The position numbers and the translations under genes are program-made. The notes under the pieces were generated by a model. That model searched no databases and was not told the DNA's origin. It saw only the letters and a list, made by a program, of their open reading frames with translations. This document shows positions 38,815 through 46,635 of a stretch of 64,000 nucleotides of DNA, piece by piece (position 1 is the first letter of the stretch; the number at the start of each line of letters is the position of its first letter). The stretch covers positions 1 through 64,000 of the IMG/VR virus record IMGVR_UViG_3300045242_000006. One strand, given 5' to 3'. The stretch comes from a virus.

Positions 38815-39311
38815 CAATCTTCTCCGTCAAATGTTACGTTAGTGATTTCACCAGTCTCTTTGTCGATAGACCCTTTACCACCAATACTGACACCACCAAT
38901 CACACCCTCTTTCTTGAGTGTCCAGAGGTCTTCATCGTGATATTTAATCTTACAAACCCAAGCACCGGCTTTGATCTTCTCACCAGTTGCATCAACAACA
39001 ACATCAAATTCTTTTTGAATCCATGTAGATTCAATGGTAAACTTGTCAGTGTTCTGCAAGTGAAATAGGTTGGATTGTACAATACCTTTCTCAAGGTTTA
39101 CATTGAAGTTATCACAAGCAAGTTGCAATGTTTCTTCAGACATCCACTCACCGTGAGCATCCTTAACAAGAGGCTCATATACAATCTCATAACTAATCAT
39201 TTCCTCAGTGACAACTTCAGGCTTTTCTTCCTGAGAGTTGTCACCAAAACTTTTAATGATCACGCTTGTAATCGCATTAGTTAGTGCATCCTTAATACTT
39301 TTCAGGTTCAT
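38814..39311 (-). CDS. prohead protease (XkdF-like)
   Basis: VYEP..KDAHGE, H and GVSIGG motifs. Confidence 0.75.
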   Translation of the reverse strand: MNLKSIKDALTNAITSVIIKSFGDNSQEEKPEVVTEEMISYEIVYEPLVKDAHGEWMSEETLQLACDNFNVNLEKGIVQSNLFHLQNTDKFTIESTWIQKEFDVVVDATGEKIKAGAWVCKIKYHDEDLWTLKKEGVIGGVSIGGKGSIDKETGEITNVTFDGED

Positions 39312-39320
39312 GATAACTCC

Positions 39321-40787
39321 TTATGCGTTATTTGCAGCAGCATTGTCTCTACCAGAAGCTGTCTTACTTGCACCATTACCACCACCTGCTGCCATTCCGT
39401 CACCTGCTTGGCTATCGCCTCCCATGATTTCTTTCTTGTCAACTGGTTCGTCGTCTTTCTTAGGTACAACTTTGATTGCTTCACGGATCTTGTTCGCCAT
39501 TGGACGGTCAAGCTCAAGAGCACCAACACTACCCATACGTTGAATAGCTTTAGAGAACTCATCCAAATCAACTTCGTCAAGATCACCATACTGCAACTTA
39601 GGCAGTTCTTTTGCTGTCAGGATTTCTCCATTCAATGCAAAGAGTTGTGGGACAAGATCGTTGTTGAGTGTGTCTTGAATCTCTTTAAGGCGGGCTTCAA
39701 TAGCCATCGCCATAATGTTTGTTTTAGCACCAGCTAGAGAGTAACTACCAACTTGATCTTGACCCATCTTCAACATATCAGCAAACAGCACCATCAGGAT
39801 TTTGTTATCCCAACGCTTAATGATTGTATCAGTGTCGTACATCTTCCCACCTTGGGTGGAAGTCAGTTCAAACTTGAAGAGAGGTTGACGGCTTTCTGGG
39901 TCGAAAGCTTGTGGCAAAATCAAACCAGATTGCTCGTTCATTTGGATGTTACGAATGACGTTCTTGTAATACTCAAAGATTGCCTTCTCAGAATCACTAG
40001 CGTCTTCGCTCATATAGCGTGGTGGGAGATACAAGGTTGGCATACCGTTCATGTCACGTGTGACACCAATAGCTTCTTGTTCTTCAATCTGTCTACGGAA
40101 GAGCCAAGCATTGTAGCAACCACGAAGAGGGCTGTTGCCTTCTGGGTTGTCACGCTTTGCATCTACACGGAACAGCATAAACTTCTTACGTGGGATCTGG
40201 ATAATACCATCAGAATTCAATGTGACGACATTCATGTAGCGGTCACCGTTCTGGATGCCCGCCAGATTCTGCTCACAGCCAATTAGGTCACGCCCGTCAT
40301 CACTGAACACCCAGCGGGAGATTGTGTCCTGAGAGCGAACAGGGAGCTTCTTGATGCCAATCTTGTTGTCATTGTAAGAAGAGCCAGCATCAAAGGTACG
40401 ACGACGATAAACCTTTTCATGAACAGAGAAGCCATATGTGTACATGCTTGTCACTTCACGAATGAAGTCTTCGAAGCTGTGGTCCATGTCGTGGATAACA
40501 GACTCAAGGAATGCACCACGGGCTTTCATTGCTGCATCAGGCTCTACGCCCAGATCAACAGTCCAATCAACTCTTGCAATCATCATCTCAACGAGAGAGA
40601 TAGCAGCTTTGATTGTAGCGTCTTGTGCCATAGTGCGGAAGGTGTGACATGCTTGTGGGAATCGAAGCTCACGTCTGTTCTCTTCAGCAATAAAACCACT
40701 GTATTGTTTTAGTCCGACTGTCCCCATTTCTCCAAGACGAAGACGCGGCATCGGAGCAGCAACTTTCTCAACTTTTCTCTTAGCCAT
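39321..40787 (-). CDS. portal protein
   Basis: YGFSVHE and NPEGNSPLR motifs; follows the terminase gene. Confidence 0.88.
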   Translation of the reverse strand: MAKRKVEKVAAPMPRLRLGEMGTVGLKQYSGFIAEENRRELRFPQACHTFRTMAQDATIKAAISLVEMMIARVDWTVDLGVEPDAAMKARGAFLESVIHDMDHSFEDFIREVTSMYTYGFSVHEKVYRRRTFDAGSSYNDNKIGIKKLPVRSQDTISRWVFSDDGRDLIGCEQNLAGIQNGDRYMNVVTLNSDGIIQIPRKKFMLFRVDAKRDNPEGNSPLRGCYNAWLFRRQIEEQEAIGVTRDMNGMPTLYLPPRYMSEDASDSEKAIFEYYKNVIRNIQMNEQSGLILPQAFDPESRQPLFKFELTSTQGGKMYDTDTIIKRWDNKILMVLFADMLKMGQDQVGSYSLAGAKTNIMAMAIEARLKEIQDTLNNDLVPQLFALNGEILTAKELPKLQYGDLDEVDLDEFSKAIQRMGSVGALELDRPMANKIREAIKVVPKKDDEPVDKKEIMGGDSQAGDGMAAGGGNGASKTASGRDNAAANNA

Positions 40788-40801
40788 TAATATCCGCCTT
40801 C

Positions 40802-42271
40802 TTATCTATAAAATGCAAATGGGTTTGCCTGTGTCATTACTGGGATGGAGAAGTCAGGAAGATATTGTTCAGAAGACAATGCATGGAATGCATCAGACGT
40901 GGCGTCTACTTGGTCATCTTTAATATTCTTGCTACCATCGAAACGTTCAAGTTCCATTAGATAGTCCTTAGTCCAGTCAGCCTCAATAACCTCAACTGAC
41001 CCAGCTTCACATGTTGCAGCGAAGGGAGCGAATCGAGTGACTTTGGATTTGTTTGTTTGTTTCATACGAGCATAGAAACCATGATCAGCCAAGTCACGAA
41101 TGAGTTGAGCAGCATAAGCTTTACCGGCAGCACCGGGATCGCATGGAACGATAATTTGAACATCATCACCATCGTGTCTTGCAGTTTCAAGAATCATATC
41201 GAATACACCACCATGGCGGCGGCGATCACGAACAACATCTTCAACTGTAAAAATTCCCATCTTATTTCTGCTCATGAGAACACCAGCAGTCCAGTCAGGG
41301 TTACGATTGGTTTCAGATTCGACAGTGCCGCTGATATCCCATGCACGGACACGCTTAATAGAAGCAATGTCTCGTTGAGTTACCATATTGCACCAACTAG
41401 ATTTGAAGTAGCCTGTGCCTTCAGCACGTGCTAACCAGCTTCCATATAGTAGACGTTCTTTCTCAACACGACCAAGACCTTCTAACCAACCAACATATTC
41501 AGGTTGAGCATTACAAAGGATTGGGTTATCGTAAACGTTGGCTGCAATGAATTTGAAGCTGAGGGGTTTAACTTGGTTCTTATGATCTATAGATAGATGC
41601 GGCTTACCATACTTCTCAATCAGTTCCTCTCTCGACTCACCCCACATCATCTTACCATCTTGTTTCAGGAAGTAGCGCATAACACCATCACGTTCAGGAA
41701 TAGGAATTCCTGTTTCTGGGTCAAGCCACCAATCCAACCAATGACGTAGGAAACTACCATAGTCAGGGTTACAAGTGATTTTCATATGAGGTTTAACTTC
41801 AGGACATTTAGGATTACGCATACGAGAAGTGAGGTATTCAACCATCATCTCTTCGAACTGTTGTCCCTCGTCCACGAGGAATTGACTTACTTCCCAACCC
41901 TGAAAGTTTTCTTGGTCTTTTGGGTTTTCGAAGTGACGGAGATAAATCTTAGCTCCGTTAGAGAAGGCGAAGTGGTGTTCTTTATCACGCCATCTTACCT
42001 TTGGATCAATGAGCTTAAAGAGTTCTTCGGCTTTCTCTTGGAGTCCGCCCGGACCTTTAAGTTGTGGTGTAGTACGTCTTACCATACAACCACGGAATTT
42101 TGGATATTGGACATGTTTAAGGAAGTCCATAACTCCTAAGTAACTTTTACCAGCTCCAGCAGCTCCACCAAATACTGTGATGTCCGCTTCGCTGTGCATG
42201 AAGTCATATTGTTTCTGCGACTTTGGCCCGATAACGTTAGGGTCCAAGTCAAAGACCATATCGTCAGCCAT
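40802..42271 (-). CDS. terL: terminase large subunit
   Basis: Walker A GGAAGAGKS, Walker B LVDE, TCNP coupling motif; nuclease AWD...DDQVD. Confidence 0.93.
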   Translation of the reverse strand: MADDMVFDLDPNVIGPKSQKQYDFMHSEADITVFGGAAGAGKSYLGVMDFLKHVQYPKFRGCMVRRTTPQLKGPGGLQEKAEELFKLIDPKVRWRDKEHHFAFSNGAKIYLRHFENPKDQENFQGWEVSQFLVDEGQQFEEMMVEYLTSRMRNPKCPEVKPHMKITCNPDYGSFLRHWLDWWLDPETGIPIPERDGVMRYFLKQDGKMMWGESREELIEKYGKPHLSIDHKNQVKPLSFKFIAANVYDNPILCNAQPEYVGWLEGLGRVEKERLLYGSWLARAEGTGYFKSSWCNMVTQRDIASIKRVRAWDISGTVESETNRNPDWTAGVLMSRNKMGIFTVEDVVRDRRRHGGVFDMILETARHDGDDVQIIVPCDPGAAGKAYAAQLIRDLADHGFYARMKQTNKSKVTRFAPFAATCEAGSVEVIEADWTKDYLMELERFDGSKNIKDDQVDATSDAFHALSSEQYLPDFSIPVMTQANPFAFYR

Positions 42272-42358
42272 TGCCTGTCCTCGTTTTAAATAAGAGAAAG
42301 GGCGTGGCCGAAGCCACATCCCTGTTTTTCTATCTAGAGAATTGCTCTCTGTGTATAT

Positions 42359-42387
42359 TATTGTACATCGGAATTGTCAGTTGTCAA
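42359..42387 (-). promoter_or_regulatory. sigma70-like promoter upstream of terL
   Basis: GGGTTGACA-16nt-TACAAT. Confidence 0.6.
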
Positions 42388-42418
42388 CCCTTTAGCATAC
42401 ATTTATTAAAAATAGATG

Positions 42419-42637
42419 TCAAGCTTTTAGTGCAGCAATAATTGCGTTAATTGCGACCTTGTTAGCGTTAGCCAAAGCTTCTGCTGTAGGAAGGTCTGTA
42501 GCGTTTGGCGTAGTTACCAAAGCAAGTGCGGAAACGGCTGTAGCTTGAGCAGGAGACGGTTGTAGCAATCCTGCAACGATCCCTTCGATAAGACCAAGTT
42601 GAGCTGCCAGACGGTATTGTTGATCAATAGTAAGCAT
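42419..42637 (-). CDS. small Ala-rich protein (possibly virion-associated)
   Basis: AAGGA RBS; ...INAIIAALKA C-terminus. Confidence 0.55.
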   Translation of the reverse strand: MLTIDQQYRLAAQLGLIEGIVAGLLQPSPAQATAVSALALVTTPNATDLPTAEALANANKVAINAIIAALKA

Positions 42638-42779
42638 TTAAGTTTTCCTTCTAATTAGGATAGGTGGGATTGGGATTAAATTACAGAAACAGGAAAACCC
42701 TCAAAGAGAGGGTCATCATGACAAGACAGACTGCAATGATTGCACGTAGCAATGTCTGAGTGGGTCAGTCGTCTGTGTT

Positions 42780-42853
42780 TGGTCGCCTTCGTGGAGTTGC
42801 ACCACATCTTCCGCAGCTTATCCACGGAGCTTTACTGTTTAAGCTATAGGGCG
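42780..42853 (-). ncRNA. aberrant tRNA-like RNA
   Basis: ACCA end, D arm and T-like arm (UGCAACU loop), but 9-nt anticodon loop GGAUAAGCU and mismatched acceptor stem. Confidence 0.55.
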
Positions 42854-42858
42854 TTATT

Positions 42859-42933
42859 TGGAGCGGATAGGGAATTTCGAAATCCCGACGAACAGCTTGG
42901 AAGGCTGACACTCTGCCTCTGAGTTATACCCGC
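42859..42933 (-). tRNA. tRNA-Gly(TCC)
   Basis: Cloverleaf, loop CTTCCAA, encoded CCA. Confidence 0.9.
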
Positions 42934-42940
42934 TTTAATT

Positions 42941-43029
42941 TGGTGCCCCTAGTGAGATTCGAACTCACAACACCTTCCGGCGTGCTGGCTTCTAAGACCA
43001 GTGCGTACTGCCAATACCGCCACAGGGGC
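42941..43029 (-). tRNA. tRNA-Leu(TAG)
   Basis: Loop CTTAGAA, long variable arm, CCA. Confidence 0.9.
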
Positions 43030-43039
43030 AAAACTTTTT

Positions 43040-43112
43040 TGGTGTGAGGCTGGGTACTGACCCCAATCCTTCGTTTCACAGACGAAGTTCCTAACCATCG
43101 AACTACCTCACC
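43040..43112 (-). tRNA. tRNA-His(GTG), atypical T loop
   Basis: Loop CTGTGAA, G-1 present, CCA. Confidence 0.75.
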
Positions 43113-43121
43113 ATTGTTTCT

Positions 43122-43271
43122 TTAAATCCATTCTTCTTCAGAGTGAATTTCTTCAAGTGCTTCTTTGAGGGTCTGTTTATCTAGACTCCTCTCTTTAAAG
43201 TAAACCCTTTCACAACAACCACAAGGCATCACAGCAAACTTCTTCTTGGTTTGTTTTACTCGGACTTTCAT
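43122..43271 (-). CDS. hypothetical protein (49 aa) within the tRNA cluster
   Basis: AGGAG RBS; MKVRVKQTKKKFAVMPCGCCE... Confidence 0.5.
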   Translation of the reverse strand: MKVRVKQTKKKFAVMPCGCCERVYFKERSLDKQTLKEALEEIHSEEEWI

Positions 43272-43289
43272 TTCTACACTCCTATAATT

Positions 43290-43363
43290 TGGTGGACCGT
43301 CAGGGAGTCAAACCCTGCCTTTCGCCGTGCAAGGGCGACGAACTATCGAAATTCTTACAGCCC
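43290..43363 (-). tRNA. tRNA-Ala(TGC)
   Basis: Loop CTTGCAC, G3-U70 identity pair, CCA. Confidence 0.85.
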
Positions 43364-43472
43364 ATTATCGCGTCTACTGCCAGATGTTCCACTCCTACGC
43401 CGTAAGTGGTCGTGCTTGTGGCTGGAACGATAAGCTTGGGTATAAGCCCATATGCCACCTTTACAGTAAAAT

Positions 43473-43546
43473 TGGTCACTCGGGGTGGAGTCGAACCACC
43501 GCCACTTCGTTCCAAACAAAGTACGCTACCGTAACGCTTCCGAGAG
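43473..43546 (-). tRNA. tRNA-Pro(TGG)
   Basis: Loop TTTGGAA, CCA. Confidence 0.85.
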
Positions 43547-43568
43547 ATAAATCATTTACATCTTAAAT

Positions 43569-43657
43569 TGGTCCCGCTTGGTCGGAATCGAACCACGCAG
43601 CCAGAGGCAAGGCGTTTACAGCGCCCCGTAGCATCCCAGTGCTACTAGTCAATCGGG
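43569..43657 (-). tRNA. tRNA-Tyr(GTA), atypical
   Basis: Loop CTGTAAA, variable arm, extended D stem, C1-G72. Confidence 0.7.
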
Positions 43658-43663
43658 TTTGTT

Positions 43664-43740
43664 TGGCAGGCAATAGAGGATTCGAACCTCCCATCTTGTG
43701 ATTAACAGTCACAGACCAACACCTAGTCAGATCATTGCCT
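43664..43740 (-). tRNA. tRNA-Asn(GTT)
   Basis: Loop CTGTTAA, canonical T arm, atypical D arm. Confidence 0.8.
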
Positions 43741-43808
43741 ATAATTCTGATAGAGATTATATTTATACAGCACACTCTATCTGGCTGTACACGTGGGGAG
43801 CACATGTT

Positions 43809-43890
43809 TGGTAGGCCGAGTTGTTGGATTCGAACCAACGTCACCACATCTTACGTGCGGTATCCTGAGCCTCTAGACGAAACTCGACAT
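43809..43890 (-). ncRNA. aberrant tRNA-like RNA (Glu-like body, loop CGUAAGA)
   Basis: Canonical D and T arms, 8-bp acceptor stem with CUACCA overhang, G instead of U33. Confidence 0.6.
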
Positions 43891-43893
43891 GTT

Positions 43894-43975
43894 TGGTAGC
43901 GAGTCCGTGAATCGAACACGTAAGCACTGGGATATGAACCCAGAGACAACACCAGTCAGTCTTAGCCGACTCGCC
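43894..43975 (-). tRNA. tRNA-Met(CAT), initiator-like stem, atypical D region
   Basis: CTGGG-TTCATAT-CCCAG anticodon arm, CCA. Confidence 0.75.
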
Positions 43976-43982
43976 ATTTATT

Positions 43983-44056
43983 TGGTTGCTCGTAAGTGAA
44001 TTGAACACCTCTCACTCGGTTATCAGCCGAACGCATTACCACTATGCTAACGAGCA
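43983..44056 (-). tRNA. tRNA-Ile(GAT)
   Basis: Loop CTGATAA, CCA. Confidence 0.88.
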
Positions 44057-44192
44057 ATTTGTTTGTATCCCTGCTGGCTCTCAACTGCTTTATCTTGAGC
44101 CATTACCATCCGATCAAAGATGTATCACCTTCGTTTCCCGCAACCTTTTAAAAGCAGTAAAAGGAAGCTTCGTATCCGGCTCACAGGCGATT

Positions 44193-44267
44193 TGGTAGTC
44201 ACTAGTGGGATCGAACCACTCTAAAAGGCTTCGTAGACCTTTGCCTAATCCAATCGGCCAAGCGACT
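44193..44267 (-). tRNA. tRNA-Arg(ACG)
   Basis: Loop CTACGAA, CCA. Confidence 0.88.
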
Positions 44268-44273
44268 ATTATT

Positions 44274-44347
44274 TGGTGCCCCATCACAGAATCGAACTGC
44301 GTTCTCAGCGTTACAAAGGCCGAGTAATACCAATATACTAAAAGGGC
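44274..44347 (-). tRNA. tRNA-Thr(TGT)
   Basis: Loop TTTGTAA, CCA. Confidence 0.85.
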
Positions 44348-44414
44348 GGAATTCTTAGGAGCTATAACGTGCCCGAGACGTACAGTATTTAGGGGCTACT
44401 GTAAAGGCCAGCTT

Positions 44415-44489
44415 TGGCGGTCCTACGGAGAATCGAACTCCGTTCCCTCGCTAGACAGGCGAGTATAATAACCGTTATACGATAAGACC
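44415..44489 (-). tRNA. tRNA-Asp(GTC)
   Basis: Loop CTGTCTA, G73, CCA. Confidence 0.9.
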
Positions 44490-44493
44490 AAAT

Positions 44494-44569
44494 TGGAGCA
44501 GTTGACCGGATTCGAACCGGCGTCTTCTTGGTTGAAAGCCAAGCATCCTATCCGCTAGACGACAACTGC
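44494..44569 (-). tRNA. tRNA-Glu(TTC)
   Basis: Loop CTTTCAA, CCA. Confidence 0.9.
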
Positions 44570-44976
44570 AAAATTCCTGCATGTACCTTCCGATGGCAAT
44601 TAGAGCAAAGGATGACACATTTTCTAATCTCTGCCTTTAACGTGTTTGTTGAGTACGTTAATAGGTTACTTGGGTTTGCATCTTTGCCAGATGGATCAGT
44701 GTGATGAAGGTCCAAAGCTACTGGCTCTTTCTCACAGCAAACCAAACATCCGAAAAATGACTTGAACCGTCTCATTAAGTTTCTGTTGTACTCTCTTGTC
44801 TCGGCATTTCTTGCTTTGATAGAGCTTCTACGATTCTCGTTTGTGACGTAACCACTATTATTCTGTGCTTTCTGACAATCACGACACCTTGTCTGTAGTC
44901 CATCAGGCTTAACCTTATTCTTATTGAACTCAGACCGAGGCTTTAACTCATCACAGACTTTGCAGTGTTTTGTCAT
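44548..44976 (-). CDS. HNH endonuclease within the tRNA cluster
   Basis: CKVC/CRDC Zn finger, LDLHH and CVILCSNCHRKVH. Confidence 0.8.
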   Translation of the reverse strand: MTKHCKVCDELKPRSEFNKNKVKPDGLQTRCRDCQKAQNNSGYVTNENRRSSIKARNAETREYNRNLMRRFKSFFGCLVCCEKEPVALDLHHTDPSGKDANPSNLLTYSTNTLKAEIRKCVILCSNCHRKVHAGILQLSSSG

Positions 44977-45098
44977 TTGCCGCTGACAGGGTGTTTGTCT
45001 TTGCGGGCTTTGTTCGGATGACGACCTTTGCTATCTTTCAAGCGAGTCTTATCAACCGGAGTGTGTTCTTTTGTTGCATCGTATGGACGTTGTGCCAT
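44973..45098 (-). CDS. small basic protein (41 aa)
   Basis: AAGGAG RBS; MAQRPYDATKEH...; ATGA overlap with the HNH gene. Confidence 0.55.
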   Translation of the reverse strand: MAQRPYDATKEHTPVDKTRLKDSKGRHPNKARKDKHPVSGK

Positions 45099-45190
45099 TT
45101 CGTTTCTCCTTAATGTCTAGTTCATATGAGTATTTAAACACGACAATTGTACATTGTCAAGCGTTTATTTAAAATTATTTGCACTATCTT

Positions 45191-45265
45191 TGGTAGACCT
45201 GCTTGGGATCAAACCAAGACTAACTCTTTAGAAGAGAGTTGTGCGATTCACTACACTACAAGTCC
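45191..45265 (-). tRNA. tRNA-Arg(TCT)
   Basis: Loop CTTCTAA, CCA. Confidence 0.85.
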
Positions 45266-45271
45266 AATGTT

Positions 45272-45344
45272 TGGCGGGCACCCTTCGATTCGAACGAAGC
45301 TGGAAGTGATTTGGAGTCACGACTGGTCGCCAAGACCGACACCC
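45272..45344 (-). tRNA. tRNA-Trp(CCA), short D arm
   Basis: Loop CTCCAAA, G73, CCA. Confidence 0.75.
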
Positions 45345-45351
45345 CTTAATA

Positions 45352-45481
45352 CGGTTGCAAGTGAGGAAGGATTTGAACCTTCTCATTGTGAGGCGCATGC
45401 TTCCTCAGTGACGAAATCAAACAGAAATCCTTACCTCTATTCCGGGTTACGCTCCCGCTCTACTCCCATAGTCACTTGCAA
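45352..45481 (-). ncRNA. ~127-nt tRNA-like RNA 1
   Basis: 10-bp terminal stem TTGCAAGTGA/TCACTTGCAA and T arm GAAGG-TTCAAAT-CCTTC, with an enlarged interior. Confidence 0.6.
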
Positions 45482-45581
45482 ATTCGAAGGAGACATTTAT
45501 AACACGCAGTCTCCAGTGCGTCAATCAGAGAGTTGGTTTCTCTGTCACATCCCAAGGCGCTTGAAGCTTCAGGTTGTTCTG

Positions 45582-46136
45582 TTAGTAACCGTATCCATCG
45601 AATGGATTAGCGGTTACAGCTAAAGGTGCAAAGCCCATGCTCTGGAATTTATCAGTTGTAATCTTCCAGCCGAGACGCACCCTCAAATCTTTCGTATCAG
45701 ACCAAGGCTTAACAAGGTAGTACTCAAATCCTACAAGCTTGTCTCCATCTTTGAGCTTGGAGAGCATATACCCCGGCACTTTAACCTTATCAGAGATATC
45801 AGGGTTTCCTGTCGTCTCAATTGTAAACGACTCTGACCAAGATAGTCCAGTCATTTTTGAATATCCGTACAAGGGATTCCTGAACATCCAGAATACTCTA
45901 TTTACGTAACCTTTGATGCCAGTCGTTTCATTTACGAACGGTGCACGCGTAGTGACATATCCTTCATCACCTTGTGGTGGGTTGTCATAGGTTCCCCAGA
46001 TCCAGCCCCACGTGTACTCAGACTTATCATGGTCTTGCTCTCTTGTAAAGGCAGCAATGACTGGTGCTGTAAATGGTACAGTAAGTGTTAGGATAATGTC
46101 CAGTACAGAAAGTACAAACCACTTCAGATAAATCAT
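45582..46136 (-). CDS. conserved phage hypothetical protein with N-terminal TM
   Basis: GAGGT RBS; WGTYDNP..GD, WMFRNPLYG and RLGWK. Confidence 0.7.
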   Translation of the reverse strand: MIYLKWFVLSVLDIILTLTVPFTAPVIAAFTREQDHDKSEYTWGWIWGTYDNPPQGDEGYVTTRAPFVNETTGIKGYVNRVFWMFRNPLYGYSKMTGLSWSESFTIETTGNPDISDKVKVPGYMLSKLKDGDKLVGFEYYLVKPWSDTKDLRVRLGWKITTDKFQSMGFAPLAVTANPFDGYGY

Positions 46137-46151
46137 AAATACCTCTTTGTT

Positions 46152-46226
46152 TGGCAGCGGGTGAAAGGATCGAACTTTCGTAACTGGATTCAAAGTCCAG
46201 CGCCTGTGCCACTCGGCCAACCCGCA
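46152..46226 (-). tRNA. tRNA-Gln(TTG)
   Basis: Loop CTTTGAA, G73, CCA. Confidence 0.9.
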
Positions 46227-46232
46227 ATTAAT

Positions 46233-46306
46233 TGGTGCTCAATGAAGGAATTGAACCTCCGTCTGCTGCGTGTAAAGCAGCGGCCCTACCATTAGACGAA
46301 TCGAGC
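46233..46306 (-). tRNA. tRNA-Val(TAC)
   Basis: Loop TTTACAC, CCA. Confidence 0.9.
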
Positions 46307-46312
46307 TTTGTA

Positions 46313-46389
46313 TGGTTGGCCCTCTGAGATTCGAACTCAGAACATTCTCCTTTTGAGAGAGACGCGACTACCAATTGCGCCAAGGGCCA
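46313..46389 (-). tRNA. tRNA-Leu(CAA), short variable arm
   Basis: Loop CTCAAAA, A73, CCA. Confidence 0.85.
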
Positions 46390-46409
46390 TCTGTTTGGTG
46401 TTTCTAATT

Positions 46410-46535
46410 TGGTACGACAAGTAGGAATCGAACCTACTATACATCAGCCGCTAAGCTGATCTTAATGAGCAAAAGACCTATACCACGCCTATAGGAAGTT
46501 TCGAACCCTCCACAACTTGTGTCTCATCTTGCCGT
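46410..46535 (-). ncRNA. ~127-nt tRNA-like RNA 2
   Basis: Acceptor ACGGCAA/TTGTCGT + ACCA and T arm GTAGG-TTCGATT-CCTAC, with an enlarged interior. Confidence 0.65.
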
Positions 46536-46541
46536 ATTGTT

Positions 46542-46635
46542 TGGCGGGTAGCAGAGGAGTCGAACCCCATCCGGCTCTCGCCAGAACCTAGTTTTCAAGA
46601 CTAGTCGCAGGACCAACCCCGCTGCATTACTACCC
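46542..46635 (-). tRNA. tRNA-Ser(TGA)
   Basis: Loop CTTGAAA, long variable arm, G73. Confidence 0.88.

Noticed and set aside
45352-45545. tmRNA
   Set aside because: Too short, no G3-U70 alanine acceptor, no tag reading frame seen
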